Shown here piece after piece: positions 12,701 to 18,761 of a DNA stretch of 64,000 nt; the stretch's first letter is position 1, and each line of letters begins with the position of its first letter. The translations under genes and the position numbers were made by a program. Under the pieces are notes generated by a model. It made no database searches. It had not been told where the DNA came from and saw nothing but the letters and a program-made list of their open reading frames with translations. Origin of the DNA: Nannocystis bainbridge (GTDB taxonomy: Bacteria > Myxococcota_A > Polyangia > Nannocystales > Nannocystaceae); NCBI RefSeq assembly GCF_028368995.1, contig NZ_JAQNDL010000001.1:1504001-1568000 (forward strand). Direction: 5' to 3'.

Positions 12701-15700
12701 TCGATCGGCCGGCCCGTGCACGGCGTTCGAATCCACCTGCTCGATGGCAAGATGCGACAGGTCCCGCTCGGCATGCCCGGCGAGATCCACCTCGCCGGCG
12801 TCGGTCTGGCCCGCGGCTATTTGAATCGCCCTGCCATGACCGCCGAGCGGTTCGTGCCGGATCCCTTCTCGAACCAGCCCGGCGCCCGCATGTATTGCAC
12901 CGGCGACCTCGCGCGCTGGAACGAGGACGGCGAGCTCGAGTTCCTCGGCCGCGTCGATCATCAGGTCAAGATCCGCGGCTTCCGCGTCGAGCTCGGCGAG
13001 GTCGAGGCGGCGCTCGCGTCTCATCCCGCGGTCGGATCGGCCGTCGTCGTCGCGCGCGAGGACTCGCCAGGGAGCATGCGCCTCGTCGCTTATGTCGTGG
13101 CGAAGCAAGACGACCTTACGCCAGCTTCGCTGCGTGAGCACCTGCGGAGCGACCTGCCCGACTACATGCTCCCGTCGGCGTTCGTCTTCCTCGACGCCCT
13201 GCCGCTGAGCACCAACGGCAAGGTCGACCGCAAGGCCCTGCCCTCTCCCGAGGCGATGCGTGGCGCCGACGAAGCCTTTGTCGCCCCGCGCAACGACGTC
13301 GAGCGCGCCCTCGTGGCCATCTGGGAACAGCTGCTCGAGGTGCGCCCCATCGGCATCGACGACGACTTCTTCGCGCTCGGCGGCCACTCGCTGCTGGCGG
13401 TGCGCGTCGCGTCGGCAGTCAAGACGAGGCTCGGGCTCGGGCTGACGCTCGCCACCTTGCTGCGACGGCCGACGATCGCGGCCCTGGCGGCGTCGCTCGT
13501 CGAGATGGAGACGCGGCCCGGACCCGCGCTCTCACCTTCCCCGCGCGGCGCGGCCGCTCCCGCATACAGCGGCCTCTCGGGGACCGAGCGGCGGATCTGG
13601 TTCGTCGACAAGCTCGCGCCCAAGGCCCGGTCGTACCAGGTCCCGCACGTGTTCGTCGTCCGTGGCGCGCTCTCGCTGCCGGCGCTGCGTCACAGCGTGG
13701 AGCGGCTGGCAGAGCAGCAGGAGATCCTTCGCACCACCTATCCCGAGATCGACGGCGTGCTGATGCGAAGGGTGGCGGACAGCGCCTCGATCCCGCTGCG
13801 CATCGAGGACGTCTCGACGCTGCCCGAGGCAATCCGAGAAGCCGCCTTGCGCGCCCACCTCGAGTCCGAGATCGGGACCCGCTTCGATCTCGCTACCGGC
13901 CCGCTGACGCGCGCACTGGTCGTGAGCCTGGGAGCCGAGCACCACGTCGTGCTCGTCATTCAGCACCACATCATCACCGACGAGTGGTCCAGCGGCGTGC
14001 TGCTGTCCGAGCTCTCACGCCTTTACGAGGCGTGCTGCCGCGGCGAAGCGGCGGAGTCGCCGGCGCTCGCCTACCAGTTCGCCGACTATGCCCGCGCCGA
14101 GCAGGAGGCGCTCACGACCGGCGGCTTCGCGGCGTCGCGGACCTACTGGAAAAACCAACTGGCGAACGTGCCGCGGCTGGAGCTGCCCATCGTTCGCGCC
14201 GCTCCGGCGCGCGGTCCCGGCCTCGAAGCGAGCGCCGCGCTGCGGATCCCGCTGGCGGTGAGCCGCGGGCTGCAGGCGCTCGCGCGGGCCCACGGCTGCA
14301 CGCTTTTCATGGCCTGGTATGCCGCCTTCGCGGCGGTGCTGTCGCGGTACAGCGGCCAGCAGGACTTCGGGCTCGGCGCCGTGATCGCAAACCGCGAGGT
14401 GCCGGGCGCGGCCGAATTGCTGGGGTTCTTCACCAACACGGTGGTGCTGCGCACCGACCTCGCGGGCGATCCCTCGTTCGCCGAGCTGCTCGCGCGGGCG
14501 CGGCGGACCGCGCTCGAGTCCTACGAGCACCAGGCGCTGCCGTTCGACGTCGTCGTGCAAGATCAGGGGCTGGCGCGCCAGGCCGGCGAGAGCCCGCTGT
14601 TCGACGTGACCTTCTTCGAGGTGACGCCGCCGACGACGAGCGCCGGGGCCGGTTGGTCGCCGCTCGTCGAAGCGATGCCGACCGGCCTGGTGACCGCGAA
14701 GCAAGCGCTGGCGCTCGGGGTGCTTCACGACGCGGAGGGGACCGAGGTCTCCCTGGCCTACGACACGACCCGCGTCGACGCCGGCGCGGTCGAGCGGCTC
14801 GCCAGGCACCTGCAGGCGCTGGTGCAGGACGGGGTGCTTCACCCGGACAAGCGCCTGTCGCAGCTGGACCTGCTGACGGCGGCGGAGCACACGGAGCTCG
14901 CGGCGTGGAACGACACGACGGCGGCCTATCCCGCCGAGAGCTGCGTGCACGAGCTGTTCGCGGCGCAAGCCAGGCGCACGCCGGCCGCCGTGGCGCTGGT
15001 GTTCGGCGCGCAGCAGCTGACCTACCAGGAGCTCGACGAGCGCTCGAACCAGCTGGCTCATCACCTGCGCGGCCTGGGCGTCGGTCCGGAGGTGCTGGTG
15101 GCGCTGTGCGTCGAGCGGTCGCTCGAGATGGTCGTGGGGCTGCTCGGGATCCTCAAGGCGGGCGGGGCCTATGTGCCGCTCGACCCGAGCTATCCGCGCG
15201 AGCGGCTGGCCTTCATGCTGACGGACGCAAGGCCCGCCGTGCTGCTCACGCAGGCGCGCCTGCGTGACAGCCTCCCGCCGCACGAGGTCGTGACCGTGCA
15301 CCTCGACGCGGGCGCGCCCGCGTGGAAACAGCCGCGCACGCCCCACGCGGTCGCCGTGGGGCCGGACCACCCGAGCTACGTGCTCTACACGTCGGGTTCG
15401 ACGGGGCGGCCCAAGGGCGTCCAGATCCTTCACGCGGCGCTGACGAACCTGCTGCACGCGTTCGCCGAGCAGACGGCGATCGGGCCCCAGGACGCGCTGC
15501 TGGCCGTGACCTCGATGTCGTTCGACATCGCCGGGCTCGAGCTCTTCATGCCCCTGATCCGGGGGGCCGCGATCCACCTGGTGTCCCGCGACGACGCGAG
15601 CGACGGCGAAGCGCTGGTGAGCGCCCTCGATCGCGCGACGATGATGCAGGCGACGCCGGCCACGTGGCGCATGGTGCTGGACGCCGGCTGGAAAGGTGAG

Positions 15701-18016
15701 CGGCCGCTGCAGGTGCTGTGCGGCGGCGAGGCGATGACGCCAGATCTGGCGCTCGAGCTGACGCGCAGGGCATCCCGGGTGTGGAACGCGTATGGCCCGA
15801 CCGAGACGACGATCTGGTCCGCGCTGTCGCGCGTCGACGCGGGCCCCAGCCCCGTGCGGCTCGGGCGAGGGATCGCCAATACGCAGCTCCACGTGGTCGA
15901 CAAAGATCTGAGACAGACGCCGGTGGGCGTCCCGGGCGAGCTTTACATCGGCGGGACCGGGCTCGCGCGCGGGTACCTGGGGCGGCCTGAATTGACCGCG
16001 GAGCGCTTCGTGCCGGACCCGTTCTCCGCGGTGCCCGGGGCGCGGATGTATCGCACGGGCGACCTCGTGCGCTGGGACGCGAACGGACAGCTCGAGTTCC
16101 TCGGGCGCATCGATCACCAGGTCAAGATCCGCGGCTTCCGCATCGAGCTCGGGGAGATCGAAGCAGTACTGTCGTCGCACCCGTCGGTGCGAGCGTGCGC
16201 CGTGGGCGTGTGGGAGCCCGCGCCCGGTGACAGGCGCCTGGTCGCGCACGTGGTGCCCGGCGAGGGCGCATGCACCGACGACACATTGCGCGAGCACCTC
16301 GGCGCCGCGCTGCCGACATACATGGTCCCCTCGCTGTTCGTGCGGCTCACGGCGCTGCCGCTGAGCCCCAGCGGCAAGGTCGATCGCAAGGCGCTGCCGC
16401 CGCCCGACGCGACGCGCGACGCGGTCGAGACTTCCTGCGTGGCGCCGCGGAGCGAGGCCGAGCGCGTGCTCGCCGAGCTGTGGTCGGCGGTGCTGCAGGT
16501 GTCGCCGCTGGGGATCCACGACAACTTCTTCTCGCTCGGCGGGGACTCGATCCTGGCGCTGCAGGTGATCGGTCGCGCCAAGCGAGCCGGCCTCCATCTC
16601 ACGGCGCGCGACATGTTCACGCATCAGACGGTGGCCGAGCTCGCGCTGGTGGTGCGGCGAGAGAGCGCCGTGCTGGCCGAGCAGGACGCCGTGCACGGGA
16701 CGGTGCCGCTGACGCCGATCCAGCGCTGGTTCCTGGACGCGGATCCCGTCGATGCTCATCACTACTGTCCCGCGATGCGCTGGACGCCGCCTGCCGGGCT
16801 CTCGCCCGAGGTCGCCGCAGAGGCGCTGCGCATCGTCGCGGCCCAGCACGACGCGGTGCGATTGCGATATCGTCGCAGCGAGTCCGGGTGGGTTCAGGAG
16901 CACGAGGCGGGGGCGACCCTCGCGCTCGAGCGGGTCGATCTTTCGGCGGTGGACGGCGAGGCCCGCGACGCCGCCGCGCTCGAGGCGGTGGCGAGGCTGC
17001 AGCGCGCCATGAACCTCTCCAGCGGCCCGATCTGCCGCGCTGCGTGGCTGGACCTGGGCGAGGCGGGCGCGCAGCTGGTGCTCGTCCTGCACCACCTCGT
17101 CACCGACGGCGTGTCGTGGCGCATCGTGTGCGAGGACCTGCAGCGCGCATGCGAGGCGCTGAGCGCCGGACGGACGCCGGAGCTCGGACCCAAGACGACG
17201 TCGCTGCGCCAGTGGTCCGAGCGACTGCACGCGTTCGTCGCCGGCGGCGGCCTGGCGGAGGAGCTCGGGTACTGGCAGGCGCAGTGCGCTCGCCGCATGA
17301 CCGCGATCGTGCGCGACCGCGACGTCGCGCCGGGCAGCTTCGGCGACAGCCGCACCGTGGAGGTGGAGCTCTCGCCGGCGGATACCAGCGCCCTGCTGCG
17401 CGCGGTGGGCTCGGCGCACGGGACGGAGATCGACGCCGTCCTGCTGTCGGCCCTTGCATCGGCGCTGAGCACCGCCTCCGCGACAGACACGGTCTGCGTG
17501 GCGCTGCAGCACCACGGCCGCGAGCCTGTCGTGGCCGACGTGGAAGTGTCCCGCACCGTGGGATGGTTCTCGACGCTGTTCCCGCTGTGGCTGAGCGTGC
17601 AGCCGGACAACGACCCCGCCGTATTGCTGCGCGACGTGCAAGCGCAACTGCGGTCCGTGCCCGGCCGCGGCCTCGGCTACGGCTGGCTGCGCTATGCGCA
17701 TCCGGACGCGAGCGTGCGCGCGTCGCTCTCGGTGCCCATGCCGGTGGTGTTCAACTACCTCGGGCAGTACGAGGCCGGCTCGCCGTGGTCCTTCGCCGGC
17801 ACGGCGCCCTCGAGCATCAGCCCCAACATGGCGCTGTTTCACGAGCTCGTGGTGAGCTGCATCGTGGTGGACGGGCGGCTGCGGCTCGGCTGGAGCTTCA
17901 GCAGCGCCGTCCACGACACCGCGACGATCGAGCGGATCGCAGCCGCGTTCCTGTCGTCGCTACGGCGAATCATCGAATGCGCGCGCGGGCGGAGGGAGGA
18001 CACGTCTTGCAACTGA
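725..18016 (+). CDS. Five-module NRPS: A1(Ser)-T-C-A2(X)-T-E-C-A3(Ser)-T-C-A4(X)-T-C-A5(Gly)-T-E; no thioesterase
   Basis: Five A domains (TSGSTGxPK, YGPTE, TGDL, QVKIRGFR), five PCP motifs (GGHSL x3, GGDSI x2), C motifs HHIITDEWS x3 and HHILADGWS, E motifs HHLVVDGVSW and HHLVTDGVSW. ORF opens at 698; ATG 725 follows AGGA. Confidence 0.96.
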   Translation: MSMHDESRDVRGFEPRTEQNVAAQQDAGSPADAGDVLRWAGMADPNSPIGRLPQFASDELRQLAAWNDTAVAYPPARCIHQLFEDQAARTPDAVALVFGDQRLSYHELDERANQLAHHLCGLGVSPEVLVGLCVERSLEMVVGLLAILKAGGAYVPLDPGYPRERLAFMLKDARPAVLLTQAHLRDSLPPHDVAIVQLDEGDWQHQPRTPPAVDVGPDHAIYVIYTSGSTGQPKGVLNTHRGLYNRLRWMQRAYGLKASDAILQKTPLSFDVSGWELWWPLIEGARMVIAAPEGHKDPRYLAAILAAADVTVVHFVPSMLAVFLAATEPRERASLRLVFASGEALPEHLRAAWYAGNRGELHNLYGPTEAAIDVTSHACRPDETGPVPIGKPIDNTRTYVLDAAFRPVPVGVAGELYLSGVQLARGYLHRPGLTAERFVPDPLVPGARMYRTGDLARFRDDGALEFLGRIDHQVKIRGFRIELGEIEAAIAAHPSVRDCVVVAREDATGDKRLVAYVVGKDATASELRERLGATVPEYMVPSAFVFLDALPLNPSGKVDRKALPAPETTRSATETYVAPRTDVERALVAIWEELLEVRPIGVRDDFFLLGGHSLLAFRVLSAIQARFGSAPSLTALLRNPTIEALAVLWDPRAERPAPPISLLPRADGEAPFAGLSGTERRIWFLEKLSPQARSYQIPHVFEVASALCVRALRDSVDALVLRHAILRTTYPEVDGAPRREVADDVSIPIRVEDVSALPAAQRDPALRAMLAAEVESRFDLERGPLTRVLAVTTAADRHVVVVHQHHIITDEWSWGLLLAELSSLYEASRRGQTTALAPLAYQYSDYARAERAALAGDGLAASRAYWKQALVEVPRLDLSIVAPAAGAVSGPEGFVSLRLSPEASRQLQALAHESAATPFMAWYAALAAVLSRYSGQQDFGLGAVVANRQIAGTEGMLGFFTNTVVLRTDLAGDPTFAELLARARRTALDAYEHQALPFDVVVQDQGLARQAGENPLFDVTFFEVTPPTTGAAAGWSPRLGAVPEGVTTAKNALAVSVQHTAEGTVVEVLYDTTRVSRIAAERLCGHLSTLVTDAAAHPDRRVSELELLTDEEIEKLAAWNDSPPTDPAARCIHELIAEQAVRAPQAVALEQDGQPLSYGEFEAQVNRLAHHLRALGVGPEVRVALCVQRSFDMVIGLVAILKAGGAFVPLDPSYPPDRLSLLLAEAGAPVLLTHAAIEGRLATPNVTVVRLDVDAAQWASLPTTPPASGVTLDHANYVVFTSGSTGKPKPVINEHRGLAARVAFQRRHIAVHPGDRILFSAAIAFDGAIVDWMLSLCNGATCVLPSNALDAVEGIAECLEHRAITFSFIPPAMLRVLRCRAPALRHITLAGDKTSPALVAQWAEGRQVLNSYGPTEFSIFAAQAWFDPSRPERFSIGRPVHGVRIHLLDGKMRQVPIGMPGEIHLAGVGLARGYLNRPAMTAERFLPDPFASQPGARMYCTGDLARWNEDGELEFLGRVDHQVKIRGFRVELGEVEAALASHPAVASSVVVAREDSPGSTRLVAYVVAKHEALTAASLREHLRGDLPDYMLPSAFVFLDALPLSNNGKIDRKALPAPEAMRGADEAFVAPRTAAERALAEVWSEVLRIAAVGLHDNFFALGGDSILAIQVVGRAKRAGLHVTVRDMFMHQTVAELVQVARSSSAAVAEQAVTGTAALTPSQQWFFSKNPEEAHHFNQAWMWTPSPALSPALVAEALQVVLRQHDALRLRYDHSESGWVQIHAEDAALPLARIDLSALPPDVRRAAVEASADDLQGSLSLSAGPVARAAWLDLGEQGTRLLLVVHHLVVDGVSWRILHEDLERVCEALLAGRTPALAAKTTSFRQWSERLHTFVAAGGLSQELDFWRAQCARGITPLPRDREAAPGTVGDSRTVDVELSEAETRALLHDVSAAYRTEINDVLLSALAAALSKFCDTDTVCVTLEGHGREALIEDVEVSRTVGWFTSMFPVWLTVPATDDPGTLLKGIKEQLRSVPNRGVGYGWLRYAHSDEAVRAALSVDPPVVFNYLGQFDMGTQGRSMFAPAAEPTGRTTSSRMALWHALAVNGGVWQGRLRFEWTYSAAIHDEATVARLAARFVASLRRIIDHCAAGEAFGYTPSDFPLARIEQPALDGLFGAMRDVESVYPLSPLQAGLLFHALNEPESPTYTVQLALQLGGDVDATALESAWKTVLARHAVYRTAFLWQGVPEPLQVVRRSVEFAMPTHDWSSLEVAEAEARWEALRREERAAGFDLGRAPLARVVLVRLPGGRTWMLKTTHHILADGWSMPVVLGELQAAYAANRGGRRLALPEPVAYERYIAWLATRDQAASSAFFAAYLAGVEEPTRLPFPPPAQAPAEATREHEQRDASLTAAETEALTAFARRHGLTLNTVVQGALAQLLGRTTGRTDVVFGVTTSGRSAPLRGIERMVGLFINTLPLRARWSGSEIVLEWLQRLQAEQVELRVHEATPLYEVQRASAVGGGRALFDTLLVFENYPVDEAAQQAEALPIVDFQAFEQTSYPLAITVAVGTTLDLRWMWEPAALRGEDIEQLWGHLRTVLLDMVAHPGRRLSELGLLTEAEHATLAAWNDTVVAYPPARCIHALFEEQAARTPDAVALVFGDQRLSYRELDERANQLAHHLCGLGVSPEVLVGLCVERSLEMVVGLLAILKAGGAYVPLDPGYPRERLAFMLKDARPAVLLTQARLRDSLPPHDVATVQLDEGDWQRQPRTSPAVDVGPDHAIYVIYTSGSTGQPKGVLNTHRGLYNRLRWMQRAYALKASDAILQKTPLSFDVSGWELWWPLIEGARMVIAAPEGHKDPRYLAAVLAAADVTVVHFVPSMLAVFLAATEPRERASLRLVFASGEALPEHLRAAWYAGNRGELHNLYGPTEAAIDVTRHACRPDETGPVPIGKPIDNTRTYVLDAAFRPVPVGVAGELYLSGVQLARGYLHRPGLTAERFVPDPLVRGARMYRTGDLARFRDDGALEFLGRIDHQVKIRGFRIELGEIEAAIAAHPSVRDCVVVAREDATGDKRLVAYVVGDQAIVSELRERLGATVPEYMVPSAFVFLDALPLNPSGKVDRKALPAPDASRGPAETFTAPRTDVERALVAIWEELLEVRPIGVRDDFFALGGHSLLAVRVVSAVKARLGFGLTLATLLRRPTIAALAASLAGIETQPGPALSPAPRGAAEPAYDGLSGTERRIWFVDKLAPEARSYQVPHVFVVRGALSLPALRQSVERLAERQEILRTTYPEVDGALMRRVADSVAIPLRVEDVSALSDSAREVALRAHLEAEIAVPFDLATGPLTRALVVSLAAEHHVVLVLQHHIITDEWSSGVLLSELSRLYEACCRGEAAELPALAYQFADYARAEQAALTTGGFAASRAYWKHQLAGVPRLELPIVRTGPERGPEASVTLGVPPAASRALQALARDHGCTPFMAWYAALTAVLSRYSGQTDFGLGAVIANREVAGTADLLGFFTNTVALRTDLAGDPSFAELLARARRTALDAYEHQALPFDVVVQEQGLARQAGENPLFDVTFFEVTPAKGDAAAGWSPISGPVPRGVTTAKNALAVSVQHTAEGTVVEVLYDTTRVSRVAAERLCGHLSTLVTDAAAHPNRRVSELDLLTDEETEKLAAWNDTPRTDPAARCIHELIAEQAVRAPQAVALEQDGQPLSYGEFEAQVNRLAHHLRALGVGPEVRVVLCVERSFDMVIGLVAILKAGGAFVPLDPSYPSDRLSLLLAEAGAPVLLTHAAIEDRLATPNVKVVRLDVDAAQWASQPSTPPASGVTLDHANYVVFTSGSTGKPKPVVNEHRGLAARVAFQRRHIVVHPGDRILFSAAIAFDGAIVDWMLSLCNGATCVLPSNALDAVEGIAECLEHRAITFSFIPPAMLRVLRCRAPALRHITLAGDKTSPSLVAQWAEGRQVLNSYGPTEFSIFAAQAWFDPSRPERFSIGRPVHGVRIHLLDGKMRQVPLGMPGEIHLAGVGLARGYLNRPAMTAERFVPDPFSNQPGARMYCTGDLARWNEDGELEFLGRVDHQVKIRGFRVELGEVEAALASHPAVGSAVVVAREDSPGSMRLVAYVVAKQDDLTPASLREHLRSDLPDYMLPSAFVFLDALPLSTNGKVDRKALPSPEAMRGADEAFVAPRNDVERALVAIWEQLLEVRPIGIDDDFFALGGHSLLAVRVASAVKTRLGLGLTLATLLRRPTIAALAASLVEMETRPGPALSPSPRGAAAPAYSGLSGTERRIWFVDKLAPKARSYQVPHVFVVRGALSLPALRHSVERLAEQQEILRTTYPEIDGVLMRRVADSASIPLRIEDVSTLPEAIREAALRAHLESEIGTRFDLATGPLTRALVVSLGAEHHVVLVIQHHIITDEWSSGVLLSELSRLYEACCRGEAAESPALAYQFADYARAEQEALTTGGFAASRTYWKNQLANVPRLELPIVRAAPARGPGLEASAALRIPLAVSRGLQALARAHGCTLFMAWYAAFAAVLSRYSGQQDFGLGAVIANREVPGAAELLGFFTNTVVLRTDLAGDPSFAELLARARRTALESYEHQALPFDVVVQDQGLARQAGESPLFDVTFFEVTPPTTSAGAGWSPLVEAMPTGLVTAKQALALGVLHDAEGTEVSLAYDTTRVDAGAVERLARHLQALVQDGVLHPDKRLSQLDLLTAAEHTELAAWNDTTAAYPAESCVHELFAAQARRTPAAVALVFGAQQLTYQELDERSNQLAHHLRGLGVGPEVLVALCVERSLEMVVGLLGILKAGGAYVPLDPSYPRERLAFMLTDARPAVLLTQARLRDSLPPHEVVTVHLDAGAPAWKQPRTPHAVAVGPDHPSYVLYTSGSTGRPKGVQILHAALTNLLHAFAEQTAIGPQDALLAVTSMSFDIAGLELFMPLIRGAAIHLVSRDDASDGEALVSALDRATMMQATPATWRMVLDAGWKGERPLQVLCGGEAMTPDLALELTRRASRVWNAYGPTETTIWSALSRVDAGPSPVRLGRGIANTQLHVVDKDLRQTPVGVPGELYIGGTGLARGYLGRPELTAERFVPDPFSAVPGARMYRTGDLVRWDANGQLEFLGRIDHQVKIRGFRIELGEIEAVLSSHPSVRACAVGVWEPAPGDRRLVAHVVPGEGACTDDTLREHLGAALPTYMVPSLFVRLTALPLSPSGKVDRKALPPPDATRDAVETSCVAPRSEAERVLAELWSAVLQVSPLGIHDNFFSLGGDSILALQVIGRAKRAGLHLTARDMFTHQTVAELALVVRRESAVLAEQDAVHGTVPLTPIQRWFLDADPVDAHHYCPAMRWTPPAGLSPEVAAEALRIVAAQHDAVRLRYRRSESGWVQEHEAGATLALERVDLSAVDGEARDAAALEAVARLQRAMNLSSGPICRAAWLDLGEAGAQLVLVLHHLVTDGVSWRIVCEDLQRACEALSAGRTPELGPKTTSLRQWSERLHAFVAGGGLAEELGYWQAQCARRMTAIVRDRDVAPGSFGDSRTVEVELSPADTSALLRAVGSAHGTEIDAVLLSALASALSTASATDTVCVALQHHGREPVVADVEVSRTVGWFSTLFPLWLSVQPDNDPAVLLRDVQAQLRSVPGRGLGYGWLRYAHPDASVRASLSVPMPVVFNYLGQYEAGSPWSFAGTAPSSISPNMALFHELVVSCIVVDGRLRLGWSFSSAVHDTATIERIAAAFLSSLRRIIECARGRREDTSCN

Positions 18017-18726
18017 CAGATCCATCACAAGCTCGGCTGCTGTGCGCCGAGCAGCTCGACGAGCAGAGCGCCGGTCTGCCGGCAGCGACGCGCGCGCAGC
18101 TGCTGGAGGTGCGGACGTGGCTCAAGACGTTCATCTCCAGACCGAACCCGATCATCGGTCGCAAGGGGTCCGTGTGTCCCTTCGTCGAGCCCGGCCTGAA
18201 CCGCTTCCGATCGATCCGCTTTCACGTGTACGACGGAGAGCTCCACCCCGCAGCCGTGGAGTCGGTGATGCGCGCGCTGGTGGCACGCTTTCCCACCGAG
18301 CTCCCGATCGCCGGCGTGGGTCGAGAGTTCCGCGCCATCCTTACCCTGTTCCCCGGGCTGCCGAACGACGCGGGGCCGCGGTTCATCGACCCCGTGCAAC
18401 AGGCGCTCAAGCCCGAGATCACCGCGCAGGGTCTGATGATCGGCCAGTTCTATCCCGGCTGCCACGAGCCCGGTTTGCACAACCCGGACTACCGCCCGCT
18501 CGAAGCACCGCACCCGATGCTGGTGATTCGCCCGATGCAGCTCACCGATCTGATGTTCCTGTTCTCCCGCCCGGAGTACCTGTCGGCCTACGTGCGGAGG
18601 TTCGGCGTCACCGCCCGCGACGAGCTCACGGCGCGCATCGCCGCCGCCGGCGTCCCGCAGCTGCCGGTGAACTGGGAGGCGGTGCTCGACGCAGCGTTCC
18701 CACCGAGCCAGGCGGAGCTGCGATGA
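18007..18726 (+). CDS. DUF6875-like NRPS-associated protein (putative tailoring enzyme)
   Basis: C-terminal part of ORF 16270..18726; TTG at 18007 after GGAGGGAGGA, overlapping the NRPS end; motifs WLKTFISRPNPIIGRKGSVCPFV, GLMIGQFYP, LHNPDYRPL. Confidence 0.75.
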   Translation: MQLTDPSQARLLCAEQLDEQSAGLPAATRAQLLEVRTWLKTFISRPNPIIGRKGSVCPFVEPGLNRFRSIRFHVYDGELHPAAVESVMRALVARFPTELPIAGVGREFRAILTLFPGLPNDAGPRFIDPVQQALKPEITAQGLMIGQFYPGCHEPGLHNPDYRPLEAPHPMLVIRPMQLTDLMFLFSRPEYLSAYVRRFGVTARDELTARIAAAGVPQLPVNWEAVLDAAFPPSQAELR

Positions 18727-18761
18727 GCACCGCGCGCCCGGCCTCGATCATCCCGAGCAGG

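Noticed and set aside
16270-18006. Upstream part of the 818-aa ORF 16270..18726
   Set aside because: Out-of-frame overlap with the NRPS and Arg/Gly-rich; the real gene starts at TTG 18007.
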